IMG/VR virus record: IMGVR_UViG_3300045988_077029
Span: 1-34,452 of that record
DNA from: a virus
Length of the DNA stretch: 34,452 nucleotides
Direction: 5' to 3' (one strand)
This document shows positions 1 through 7,570 of this stretch, one piece after another. The translations under genes and the position numbers were made by a program. Under the pieces are notes generated by a model. That model was not told the DNA's origin and made no database searches. It saw only the letters and a program-made list of their open reading frames with translations. Within the stretch, counting starts at the first letter, position 1, and the number at the start of each line of letters is the position of its first letter.

Positions 1-55
1 CGACCTCACCGGTCATGTCGCCCTCGACAACAGTCTTATCCAGATGCTCATAGTA
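1..55. repeat. 55-bp terminal direct repeat, identical to 34398-34452 (circular closure or assembly overlap)
   Basis: Read directly: cgacctcaccggtcatgtcgccctcgacaacagtcttatccagatgctcatagta is present at both window ends. Confidence 0.95.
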
Positions 56-196
56 TGTACGGATAAACTCCTCAAGCAGATCGTAATACAGCACCGCGTG
101 TGATATCCTTCCATCGCACAAGTTCGCGGCCTTAACCGCATCATTTCGGTCGCAGCCGACGCTCATCAATAGCTTGACCATACGTTTTCTTTTCAT
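1..196 (-). CDS. Small hypothetical early protein, N-terminal part. The ORF leaves the window at position 1 and finishes at 34369-34397 after circularisation (about 74 aa)
   Basis: ATG at 196-194 overlaps the TGA of the upstream ORF (ATGA). Frame is open to position 1. Joined through the terminal repeat it reads ...EGDMTGEVAGMVGSVYG, with its stop overlapping the ATG of the Rep gene. Confidence 0.55.
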   Translation of the reverse strand, partial: MKRKRMVKLLMSVGCDRNDAVKAANLCDGRISHAVLYYDLLEEFIRTYYEHLDKTVVEGDMTGEV

Positions 197-738
197 TTGA
201 CGCACCCCAGTTTCCTTTTCAACCACGCCCATAAGTTGCACCACGGGTGATCCGACAGCCATCTACAGACTGATGCGAGATGCACGGATGACTCTTGCTC
301 ACATGTCAAATCATGCCGCAGCACTGCCATTTCACTGTTCGCCTTTCCCAGCGCCGCCTCAGTGTCGGCGAGCTTTGTGCGCAGGTCCTTGCTTTCCGCA
401 ATCGCCGCATCCCTTTGATTGGTCATCGTCTCAACATTTACGCGCTCACGGCGCAGCTCCTCAGCGTCTTCTTTTATCCTTTGGCGCTGTACCTCCGTAA
501 CGTTGAAGGCGTTGTTAAACCGTCCATGCCAATATTCTGCATTACCCGTTGCGTCTCGCGCTTGATCGCGCAACTCATTTTTCTCGGCAACACACTTGGC
601 AAGCGCGTCGTTCTGTTCTTCAATCCGTTTACTTAGCGCGGCGATCTCCTCGTTGGCCCCTGCATTGGCCTGCCACGCCGTTTCCAACATGTTGAGCATT
701 TGTTCCTTCGTGGTCTTCTTCAGGTTGATTTTTTGCAT
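193..738 (-). CDS. Coiled-coil hypothetical protein (181 aa)
   Basis: ORF track. GGAG 6 nt upstream of the ATG. Heptad-like E/K/R/L/A-rich sequence. ATGA coupling to the next gene. Confidence 0.6.
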   Translation of the reverse strand: MQKINLKKTTKEQMLNMLETAWQANAGANEEIAALSKRIEEQNDALAKCVAEKNELRDQARDATGNAEYWHGRFNNAFNVTEVQRQRIKEDAEELRRERVNVETMTNQRDAAIAESKDLRTKLADTEAALGKANSEMAVLRHDLTCEQESSVHLASVCRWLSDHPWCNLWAWLKRKLGCVK

Positions 739-739
739 G

Positions 740-1048
740 TCAATCTCCGTCCATCTTCGCGCCGCAATGGCAATACGGCTGTCGTCTACTCTCTACTCTG
801 CCGCAACGTGAGCATCGGTAATATCGTTCCGGCATGATGTGGTCACCGTCCAAGAATGAGACCCACCGCGCGTGCACCACCGGCGCAACGTCAGCGGCTG
901 GAATTCTGTAAAAGTCCTCCGCCAAATCGTTATAGGCGTCTGCGTAGATTCCGCTTTCCCCGCCAAGCTCTTCAAACGCTTTTTGGCATTCTTCCGATTG
1001 CTCGCGGATATAAGCGATTGCCGCCTTGCGGCTTATGTATTCATCCAT
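740..1048 (-). CDS. Hypothetical protein with a C-terminal zinc-ribbon-like CxxC...CxC motif
   Basis: ORF track. Motif YYRCSRCGRVESRRQPYCHCG. Packed in the co-directional gene series. Confidence 0.6.
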   Translation of the reverse strand: MDEYISRKAAIAYIREQSEECQKAFEELGGESGIYADAYNDLAEDFYRIPAADVAPVVHARWVSFLDGDHIMPERYYRCSRCGRVESRRQPYCHCGAKMDGD

Positions 1049-1499
1049 CTTTCATCGCCTCCTCTGTCCGTTCAAACCTGATTTTCATTTGTGCCGGATA
1101 CAGGTCAATCTCCGGCCTGCGCTTTCCTGTCCACCGTAGCCCGCCAGCTTGACCTACGCACTTCCACCCGGCAGCCCGCAGGCTGGCCCCGTTTTCCGTG
1201 TCCAGAATATAGGTCACAAGCCGCTTGTAGCCCATAGCCCTTGCCGCTCTCCACGCAGCCGAATAAAGCATAGAGCAGGCGTTGCGGGTGCCGTCCGTGC
1301 AAAGGCGGTTGACCTCCAGCGTCCACCCATCGTCAAGGTGGCGTGCCACTGGACGTCCCACGATAGCCACGCCCACGATTTTCTCCCCGTCTGACAGGCC
1401 AATGGAAAACTTATGCCCTACCACAGGCCCGTGGTGCCGGTGGTGCTGCTCAACGTATGCGTTGGCCTCCTTGAGTGTCATTGGGCAGAGTTCAAGCAT
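1041..1499 (-). CDS. XF1762-family / GNAT-fold acetyltransferase-like protein
   Basis: N-terminus MTLKEANAYVEQHHRHHGPVVGHKFSIG matches the pattern I recall for the XF1762 family. Start codon uncertain (M1 or M7). Confidence 0.55.
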   Translation of the reverse strand: MLELCPMTLKEANAYVEQHHRHHGPVVGHKFSIGLSDGEKIVGVAIVGRPVARHLDDGWTLEVNRLCTDGTRNACSMLYSAAWRAARAMGYKRLVTYILDTENGASLRAAGWKCVGQAGGLRWTGKRRPEIDLYPAQMKIRFERTEEAMKDG

Positions 1500-1977
1500 C
1501 CTTCATCGCCTCCAATGCTTTCTCCGCCTCCTCGCGGGTAAGGAATACGGTCTTGCCAAACGCAGTAGCAGTAACCCCGTACTGCTCTCTCAGCCCATTT
1601 TTTGCCGAAAGCACAAAAGTTGTTCCAACGTTCCCAATATTCACAAAGTCAACCTTGCATTCCCTTGCACATTTTGCGCCGTCAAGACTAGACCACACCG
1701 TATCACCCACCTTGCACGGCAACACCACCAGCCGCCCGTCCTTGTCAGCTTTCAACAGCTCCCGAATCCGTTCTGCCTTTGACGTGTCATCGCTAAAGGC
1801 AGCTTCGATGATGACCTTCGCGTTTTCGCACTGCTCCGGCGTCATCCTCGTGTCTAAATACTGACGCAGTAACGGGCAGTGCGCCGCCGGAACCGCCGTG
1901 CAGAATCCGCCGATCGCAGTACAGTTCCCATTGTCCGTATGGCGAAAATTGCAACGCAAGCAATTGATCTTTCCCAT
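1492..1977 (-). CDS. Hypothetical protein with a Cys-rich N-terminus (161 aa from the internal ATG)
   Basis: Start MGKINCLRC at 1977, overlapping the upstream stop by 1 nt (TGATG). The longer ORF-track N-terminus looks non-coding. Confidence 0.6.
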   Translation of the reverse strand: MGKINCLRCNFRHTDNGNCTAIGGFCTAVPAAHCPLLRQYLDTRMTPEQCENAKVIIEAAFSDDTSKAERIRELLKADKDGRLVVLPCKVGDTVWSSLDGAKCARECKVDFVNIGNVGTTFVLSAKNGLREQYGVTATAFGKTVFLTREEAEKALEAMKDA

Positions 1978-2399
1978 CACTCCTCCTCCGGCCCATCCGG
2001 CAGCGGCCTCCAGTGCGTAACTGTTACCGGCTCCCCGCGATAAATCCACCGCCCATCGCTCAGGTGAACACACAAACACGGATTAAAAAGTGAATATTCA
2101 GAATCGTTTTTGACTATACCCAAAACAACTTTTGACATTCCTCCTCCTTCTTCAAATTCTTCGACCTCCGGCAGCCGCGCCGCCACCGGCACCCACTTCT
2201 CCCGTTCCTGCAGCACCGCGATCTCCTCGGCGTAGCGCGCGCAGCGGTCAGTCAGCTTCTCAATCAGATCCGCGGCCTCTCGCATAATTCGGCAGCCGTG
2301 GACGCCGCAGTCGTGCTCGCGTCCGCAGCCCATGCAGGCCAGCGAGCCCGTTTCCACTTTTAAGCGCCGCATCACGGCCAAAATCTCTTCTGTTTTCAT
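1977..2399 (-). CDS. Hypothetical protein with a Cys cluster and a DUF551-like C-terminus
   Basis: C-terminal VTVTHWRPLPDGPEE resembles the THWMPLPEPP ending of DUF551 phage proteins. Confidence 0.55.
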   Translation of the reverse strand: MKTEEILAVMRRLKVETGSLACMGCGREHDCGVHGCRIMREAADLIEKLTDRCARYAEEIAVLQEREKWVPVAARLPEVEEFEEGGGMSKVVLGIVKNDSEYSLFNPCLCVHLSDGRWIYRGEPVTVTHWRPLPDGPEEE

Positions 2400-2737
2400 T
2401 TTGTCCTCCTCGGCCCATAGCCTAACTGTTTGATCTCCGGATAGCGCTCCGTAAACGAGTAAAATTGATTCTCACCGATATAGCTGAGCGTCGCCCGGTC
2501 AAGCCTTTCCTGGTAGACGTCTGACTCCTCGGTGCTTTGCATCGCCGGGAAGTAGACGTCATACGTCTCGCCCCACTTTTCCGCGAGGCGGCTGAGGCGG
2601 TCATAGCCCCAGCCAAAGTCCTCGTGCATCGTGATCAGCAGCGTGTCCAGCATGTACTGCTTCATCGTCCGCTGCATCACGTCCAACAGCATCTGCGTTC
2701 TCGCGTCTCTCTGCTGCAAATACCCGGATCGCTTCAT
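2396..2737 (-). CDS. Hypothetical protein (113 aa)
   Basis: Internal start MKRSGYLQQRD at 2737 forms an ATGA overlap with the parB stop. The upstream part of the ORF-track entry overlaps parB out of frame. Confidence 0.55.
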   Translation of the reverse strand: MKRSGYLQQRDARTQMLLDVMQRTMKQYMLDTLLITMHEDFGWGYDRLSRLAEKWGETYDVYFPAMQSTEESDVYQERLDRATLSYIGENQFYSFTERYPEIKQLGYGPRRTK

Positions 2738-4155
2738 TTTTCTCCTCTCTGTCTCTCGCTGATCAGCAGCCAGCTGTCGCATTTGCACTCGACGATATCC
2801 TGCACCGAGATCCCCGCGTCGGTCGAGACGAAAGGGTACTGGTCGCTTGCGCTGCCGCCGCACCGCGCCGTTAGATAGGCGCTGCCGCCTAACCCCGTGG
2901 GATAGCTCAGCACGACCAACGCGCCTTCCTCCGGCCAGTGCTCCGCATCCAGCGGCAACCATCCCGGCAAAATCACCGTCTTATCCTGCTCTGGATCATC
3001 GGTCAGACCGCAAAGATAATCCATCGTCGTGCCGAGCGTCAGGGCCAGCTTGGGCAGCGACCCTGCACCGGCAAGGCTGTTGTTCTCCCACGCGCTGTAG
3101 GTGCCGGGGTACTCGCCGATACTTTCGGCGAACTCCTTGCGCGTCAGTCCGGTCGCCTCGCGCAGCGCCTTGACGCGCTCGCAGAATTTTGGGGTCATAT
3201 TTTTGAGCCGTGGGTCGTCTGCTGCCGGATTTCGGGGCACGGCAGGCTCCGGTTCCTTCGGCGGCCGTTCGATGACCACAAAGTGGCAGGCGGTAGAGCA
3301 GGTGTCGCGGTTAAGACATTCACGGCAGCAGCCGGCACAGCGCCACTCGCCATTGCGATAGTGGTCGGCATACATCCTCGTGGCGTTCGGGCAGAAGCCG
3401 CCGGTATCCGGGCACTTATGCTTGCAGCAGGTCCAACAGGTCCGGAACTCGCGCACGTTGTTGATCGACCATGTGCGGCAGTGGTCAATAATCCAGTCGA
3501 GCAGCCGGTACTGCGTCTCGTCGTCCATGCGGGCGATCTCAAGTGCCGCGGCCTCGGGCAGCTCGCCCTCCTCCCACTTGCGCACGATCCCCGGGACCTT
3601 GAGCCCGCGCTTGATCGCGCTGAGGTTGGCGAGCTTGGTCTTGTTGACCTGCATCGCCTCGGCCACACGGTCGCGGATGCGCCCCGGAAGATCTTCGCCC
3701 GCCTCGCGGCGCTTAATGTAAATTTTCGTCAAGCGCTCTGCCTCTTCTGCCAGCAATGCAGGGGACTTCACGCGCTGTCGGTTGGCCTCGATCACGGCGC
3801 AGAGCTCCTGCTCCTCCGTCATCGCCGGCAGCACGCGGCAGAGCACGGTGAAGAACTGCTTTGCGACGTCCTCGTTCCGGTTCGCCGCGAGCAGCCGCAG
3901 CGCCGCCATGCGGCTGTGGCCAGAAATCAGGCGGTACTTGCCGTCCGTGCCCGGCACGACGGTCGGAGGCTCCAGCAGGCCATTCGCCTGAATAGATTCC
4001 ATCAGCTCGGCAAGCTTTCCGTTGTCTGGTCTCGGGTAAAAGTTCAGCGGATTGTCAAGGATGTCATCGACCGCGATCTCCCGCGTCGTGTCCGATTCGG
4101 GTACGCCCTCAACCGGCGTGAGGAACTCGCTCATATCAAACTTACCCTTAGCCAT
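2734..4155 (-). CDS. parB: ParB-like protein. ParB/Srx N-terminal domain fused to a Cys-rich middle region and an XRE-type HTH
   Basis: ParB box-like YRLISGHSRMAAL. Cys cluster CWTCCKHKCPDTGGFCPN...CAGCCRECLNRDTCSTAC. XRE HTH LREATGLTRKEFAESIGEYPGTYSAWENN...MDYLCGLTDD. 8-nt overlap with parA. Confidence 0.8.
   Translation of the reverse strand: MAKGKFDMSEFLTPVEGVPESDTTREIAVDDILDNPLNFYPRPDNGKLAELMESIQANGLLEPPTVVPGTDGKYRLISGHSRMAALRLLAANRNEDVAKQFFTVLCRVLPAMTEEQELCAVIEANRQRVKSPALLAEEAERLTKIYIKRREAGEDLPGRIRDRVAEAMQVNKTKLANLSAIKRGLKVPGIVRKWEEGELPEAAALEIARMDDETQYRLLDWIIDHCRTWSINNVREFRTCWTCCKHKCPDTGGFCPNATRMYADHYRNGEWRCAGCCRECLNRDTCSTACHFVVIERPPKEPEPAVPRNPAADDPRLKNMTPKFCERVKALREATGLTRKEFAESIGEYPGTYSAWENNSLAGAGSLPKLALTLGTTMDYLCGLTDDPEQDKTVILPGWLPLDAEHWPEEGALVVLSYPTGLGGSAYLTARCGGSASDQYPFVSTDAGISVQDIVECKCDSWLLISERQRGEK
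4088..4104 (-). repeat. Dispersed pseudo-palindrome copy S6 (GTACCCGAATCGGACAC on the minus strand), inside the 5' end of parB
   Basis: Read directly. 15/17 identical to S1-S3. Confidence 0.6.
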
Positions 4156-4933
4156 TGACCGCGCCTCCCTTGCTCAGATACTCCCGCGTGAAATCGTGAT
4201 ACGCCTTTGTCGCGGCATCCTTGGGCGCGTACCCTCTCAACGTCTTGCTCGCGTTGAGGTTGGACATGCTTGCCGGCACGGAAGCCCGCAGCGGGATCGC
4301 CGCCTCAAATGCCGGAATGCCGCTCACGCGCAAGGCCTGCTCTGCGGCCTCCTGGATGCGCGTGCTGCGCCGTTTGGTGATCAGCGCGCCCGCGATACGC
4401 AGCCGCGAATTGACCGTGCGCATGTTGGCGACCTGGCTGCGGATCTCGCCCGCGCCGTGGAGCGAGAACCCCTCCAGCTCGACGGGAATGATGATCTCAT
4501 CCGCAGCGCCCAGCGCCGCCACCGTGGCCGCATTGTAGGCGGTCGGGCAGTCGATGAGGATATAGTCTGCGCCCTCATCCTCTGCCACAGCAAGGCAAAA
4601 ATCACGGATGCCGTTTTTTGCCAGCCGCTCGCCGGTCAGGGCGGCGATGTCCGCCTTCGGCAGCTCTGCGCTGGCCGGGACGATCTTCACGCCATCGACA
4701 GGCGTATCCTGCACCAGCTCATCCCAGCAGCAGCCTGTCTCACCGGTCAGCACCTCATAGGTCGTGCCGCCGTGAATCGTGTCCGCGCGGAAAATGTCGC
4801 TCAGATTGCACTGGCCGTCCGCATCCATCACGATGACGCGCTTTCCCGCGGCCGCGAGCTCGGCCGCGAAGTTGATCGTCGTGACCGTCTTGCCGACGCC
4901 GCCCTTGTAGTTCATGATCGCAATCGTTTTCAT
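4148..4933 (-). CDS. parA: ParA/Soj-family partition ATPase
   Basis: Deviant Walker A MNYKGGVGKTVT. MDADGQCNLS. AGGAGG Shine-Dalgarno upstream. Confidence 0.9.
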   Translation of the reverse strand: MKTIAIMNYKGGVGKTVTTINFAAELAAAGKRVIVMDADGQCNLSDIFRADTIHGGTTYEVLTGETGCCWDELVQDTPVDGVKIVPASAELPKADIAALTGERLAKNGIRDFCLAVAEDEGADYILIDCPTAYNAATVAALGAADEIIIPVELEGFSLHGAGEIRSQVANMRTVNSRLRIAGALITKRRSTRIQEAAEQALRVSGIPAFEAAIPLRASVPASMSNLNASKTLRGYAPKDAATKAYHDFTREYLSKGGAVNG

Positions 4934-4951
4934 TTCGTCCTCCTGTTTTTT

Positions 4952-5143
4952 CTATTTCCGCAGCCGCTTGGCTGTCTCGTACTGGTAATTCCCGATGTCT
5001 TCATACTCTTTTTTCGCGTCCTTGATTTTCGCATTCGTCGCATCAAGGTTCGCTTTCCATGCGAGATAATCAGGGCATTTGTCCTGACACGCCGGATGAC
5101 GGCGCTCGCACATGTAGCACTTGCTGTTGACTTTCTTTCTCAT
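4952..5143 (-). CDS. Small Cys-rich hypothetical protein (63 aa)
   Basis: ORF track. CYMCERRHPACQDKCPDY. GAGGG upstream. Confidence 0.55.
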   Translation of the reverse strand: MRKKVNSKCYMCERRHPACQDKCPDYLAWKANLDATNAKIKDAKKEYEDIGNYQYETAKRLRK

Positions 5144-5152
5144 GCGCCGCCC

Positions 5153-5347
5153 TCAAAATTTGAAGCACTCGCGCATCGTGTACCCGAAGACCTGCGCCTC
5201 CACCAGGAAAAAGTGGTGCAGCTCGTTGATCCACACGATTTTGCCGCGCACCTTCTTCCGCGCTCGCGTGCTCTTTGGGTTCTCCCTGCCGTCCAGATTG
5301 CAGTACGCGCAGGGCGTCCAGGCGATCGGCTGTCCAATATACGGCAT
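5153..5347 (-). CDS. Small hypothetical protein (64 aa)
   Basis: ORF track. AAAGGAGAA Shine-Dalgarno 6 nt upstream. Confidence 0.55.
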   Translation of the reverse strand: MPYIGQPIAWTPCAYCNLDGRENPKSTRARKKVRGKIVWINELHHFFLVEAQVFGYTMRECFKF

Positions 5348-5363
5348 GATGTTTCTCCTTTCT

Positions 5364-6713
5364 CTACCGGCGCTTTGCGCCGCTCATGCGCTCATTGCGA
5401 GCATTCCGCTCGACGAGTTTCTTGTCTTCCTCGACCTCGCGTGCCGATGTCATCGTCATCGGCGTAAAGGTCTGCTTGTCGCCATCGAACCACAGCAGCG
5501 TCCGCAGCAGCAGGCCCTCTTTGTTCTTCACGATCCGCAGAAATCGGGACGTTGTTGGGTTATAGTCCCCGCCCTCGACGGGGCGGTAGATCATGAAGAT
5601 CATGTCCGCGTCCTGCTCCAGCTGGCCGGACTCCTTGAGGTCGCTCATACGCGGCTCATTCTGCTGCGGCTTGCCCTTTTTGGGCGTCACGGCGCGATCC
5701 TCGCGCGTCAGCTGCGCCAGCTCGATCACGAGCTTTTTCCGGCTCTGGGCGAAGGCGTGCAGCTCGCGGGAGATCTCCGCCACCTGCTCACTGCGCATAA
5801 TGCGCGTCGAGCTTGGCCGGATCAGCTGCACGTAGTCGATAAAGATCACGTCGAAGTCAAACGCCTCGGCCGCGCCGGTAATATCGCTGACGCTCCACCC
5901 GGCCGCCTCGATCAGCGTAAACTTGAGCGCGGATGCCGAGGCGCTCTTGGCCGCGAACCGCTCCCAGTCCTTGTCCGTCAGCTCTCTGCGTTTGATGGCC
6001 GTAAAGCTGATATCGTTCAGCGCCGCGACTACGCGGTCAGTTACCTTGCGCCGGTCAGTCTCCAGCGAGAAGAATCCCACGCGCCACTCCCGCGCCATCC
6101 GCAGCGCCATCTGGAGGGCCAGCGCCGTCTTGCCGTCGCTCGGATACCCGCCGATGATGACCACGTCGCCCGGCTGCGTGTATGTACCGGCGTCCACCTC
6201 GGCGAGACCATAGCGGACATATCGCACCGGATCTTTGGCCGTCTGGCGCGCCGCAAAGTCCTGTATCATGTCCTCCATCGTGTAGGCCGTGATCTGCCGC
6301 CCGCCGCTCCGCTCCTGCTGGAGCTTCGCCGCCAGCTCGCGGCACTCCTGCGCTGTGCCGGCTGCGGCCACCTGCATCGCAAGCTCCTGCATGCGCCGCA
6401 TGCTGGCCTGCTCGGCCATGATGGTGGCATACTCGCGCCAGTTGGCGCTGGTCGTCGTGATCTCAAGCAGCTGCGCGAGATACTCGCTCGACTCCTTGCC
6501 GACCTTGTCGCGGATCGTCACCGGCGTCACCGGCTTTGCCCGCAGATACAGGTCGCGGGCCGCGCGGAAGATCTGCCGGTTGATCTCAATGCGGAAGTCC
6601 TGCTCGCGGACGGCAAACAGCACGTCCTTGACGATCTCCGGCGCGGCGACCATCGCGCCGATGACCGCGGTCTCGGCTTCCAGCCCCGGCTGCACCTTCG
6701 TCGTGTTTGCCAT
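5364..6713 (-). CDS. dnaB: Replicative DNA helicase, DnaB family
   Basis: Walker A GGYPSDGKTALAL. Typical N-terminal EAETAVIGAMV. ELAQLTRE and FIDYVQL motifs. ATG at 6713 lies 2 nt after the upstream stop (a GTG at 6719 is also possible). Confidence 0.9.
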   Translation of the reverse strand: MANTTKVQPGLEAETAVIGAMVAAPEIVKDVLFAVREQDFRIEINRQIFRAARDLYLRAKPVTPVTIRDKVGKESSEYLAQLLEITTTSANWREYATIMAEQASMRRMQELAMQVAAAGTAQECRELAAKLQQERSGGRQITAYTMEDMIQDFAARQTAKDPVRYVRYGLAEVDAGTYTQPGDVVIIGGYPSDGKTALALQMALRMAREWRVGFFSLETDRRKVTDRVVAALNDISFTAIKRRELTDKDWERFAAKSASASALKFTLIEAAGWSVSDITGAAEAFDFDVIFIDYVQLIRPSSTRIMRSEQVAEISRELHAFAQSRKKLVIELAQLTREDRAVTPKKGKPQQNEPRMSDLKESGQLEQDADMIFMIYRPVEGGDYNPTTSRFLRIVKNKEGLLLRTLLWFDGDKQTFTPMTMTSAREVEEDKKLVERNARNERMSGAKRR

Positions 6714-6715
6714 AC

Positions 6716-7480
6716 TCACACCCCCCAGCCGAGCGGCAGCGCTGCGCTGCCCTCGTTCTCGACCGGCGGCATTTCGTCAGGCTTAAGCTCAAAGACAGTC
6801 AGCCAGTTGTACGTGATGGCCTTGCGCAGCATTGCGAGTTTTACCTCGCGCCGCCCGTCCGACAGTCTGTCCAACTTGCGGAGAATGAGCTTCATCGCCG
6901 CATCGGTTACAACGGCTTTCTTTCGGTTGACCTTGATGCGATTCTCCAGCAGCCCCATGATCGCCTCGCGCAGCTCATCGTCCTCGCCGCAGTAATCCAC
7001 GACGCACTTTTCGACCTCCGCGGGGGTTATAGGGGTTTGATTCTTTCTGTCTTTGGTTCTTTTAGTATTTATTTGGGTCGGAAAACCCGATGACGGTTTT
7101 TCCCGTTGTCGGGTTTCACCGTTGTCGGGTTTCCCCGACAACGGTGGCGCTTCGTCCTGCAAAACGTAGACATTACCGGCAAAATAACCGTTCTCGTCGT
7201 GCGTCTGCTCGCGGGTTAAGTACCCCACTTTTTCCAGCTTTTCAAGCAGCCTGCGGATGGTATCCTTGCTCACGCCCACATAGGCCGCGAGGCCCCTGAC
7301 AGAGTATTGCCACCCGTCCGGCAGGCCGACCATAATGGCAAGCAGTCCGCGCGCGTCCAGCGGCAGGCGCTTGTCCTCAATGGCGCTCTTGTAGAGCACG
7401 GTAAAGCGCTGTTTCCGGCCGGACTTGATTCGGCTCTCGCTCATGTCATCGCATGGCCGCGTGTCTTTTTCTTCCGCCAT
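6716..7480 (-). CDS. Replisome organizer / replication initiator (N-terminal winged HTH, DnaD-like C-terminus)
   Basis: GGAGGAG Shine-Dalgarno before MAEEKDTRP. wHTH-like LAAYVGVSKDTIRRLLEKLEKVGYLTRE. Sits immediately upstream of dnaB. Confidence 0.7.
   Translation of the reverse strand: MAEEKDTRPCDDMSESRIKSGRKQRFTVLYKSAIEDKRLPLDARGLLAIMVGLPDGWQYSVRGLAAYVGVSKDTIRRLLEKLEKVGYLTREQTHDENGYFAGNVYVLQDEAPPLSGKPDNGETRQREKPSSGFPTQINTKRTKDRKNQTPITPAEVEKCVVDYCGEDDELREAIMGLLENRIKVNRKKAVVTDAAMKLILRKLDRLSDGRREVKLAMLRKAITYNWLTVFELKPDEMPPVENEGSAALPLGWGV
7086..7144. repeat. Ori-like iteron/inverted-repeat cluster inside the organizer gene
   Basis: CCCGATGACGG (7086-7096), CCGTTGTCGGG (7103-7113), CCGTTGTCGGG (7119-7129), CCCGACAACGG (7134-7144). 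The last two form a perfect 11-bp inverted repeat with a 4-nt spacer. Confidence 0.6.
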
Positions 7481-7570
7481 GTACATCTCCTCCGATAATC
7501 TCGACAAAGTCCACAAACTTCGTCACCAACGTACCCACGCCGACGAATGTAAAGAAAATCGCCCATCCGC

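Noticed and set aside
2938-4158. 406-aa plus-strand ORF antisense to parB. Similar long plus-strand ORFs are 4052-5467, 5121-6995, 23128-24588, 26785-28848, 29248-30189, 30810-31715 and 31944-32708
   Set aside because: All lie antisense to confidently recognised minus-strand genes (ParB, ParA, DnaB, tape measure, capsid, portal, terminase). They have Arg/Ala/Leu/His/Pro-rich junk-like composition, no Shine-Dalgarno sites and no motifs. They are typical shadow ORFs of GC-rich DNA.
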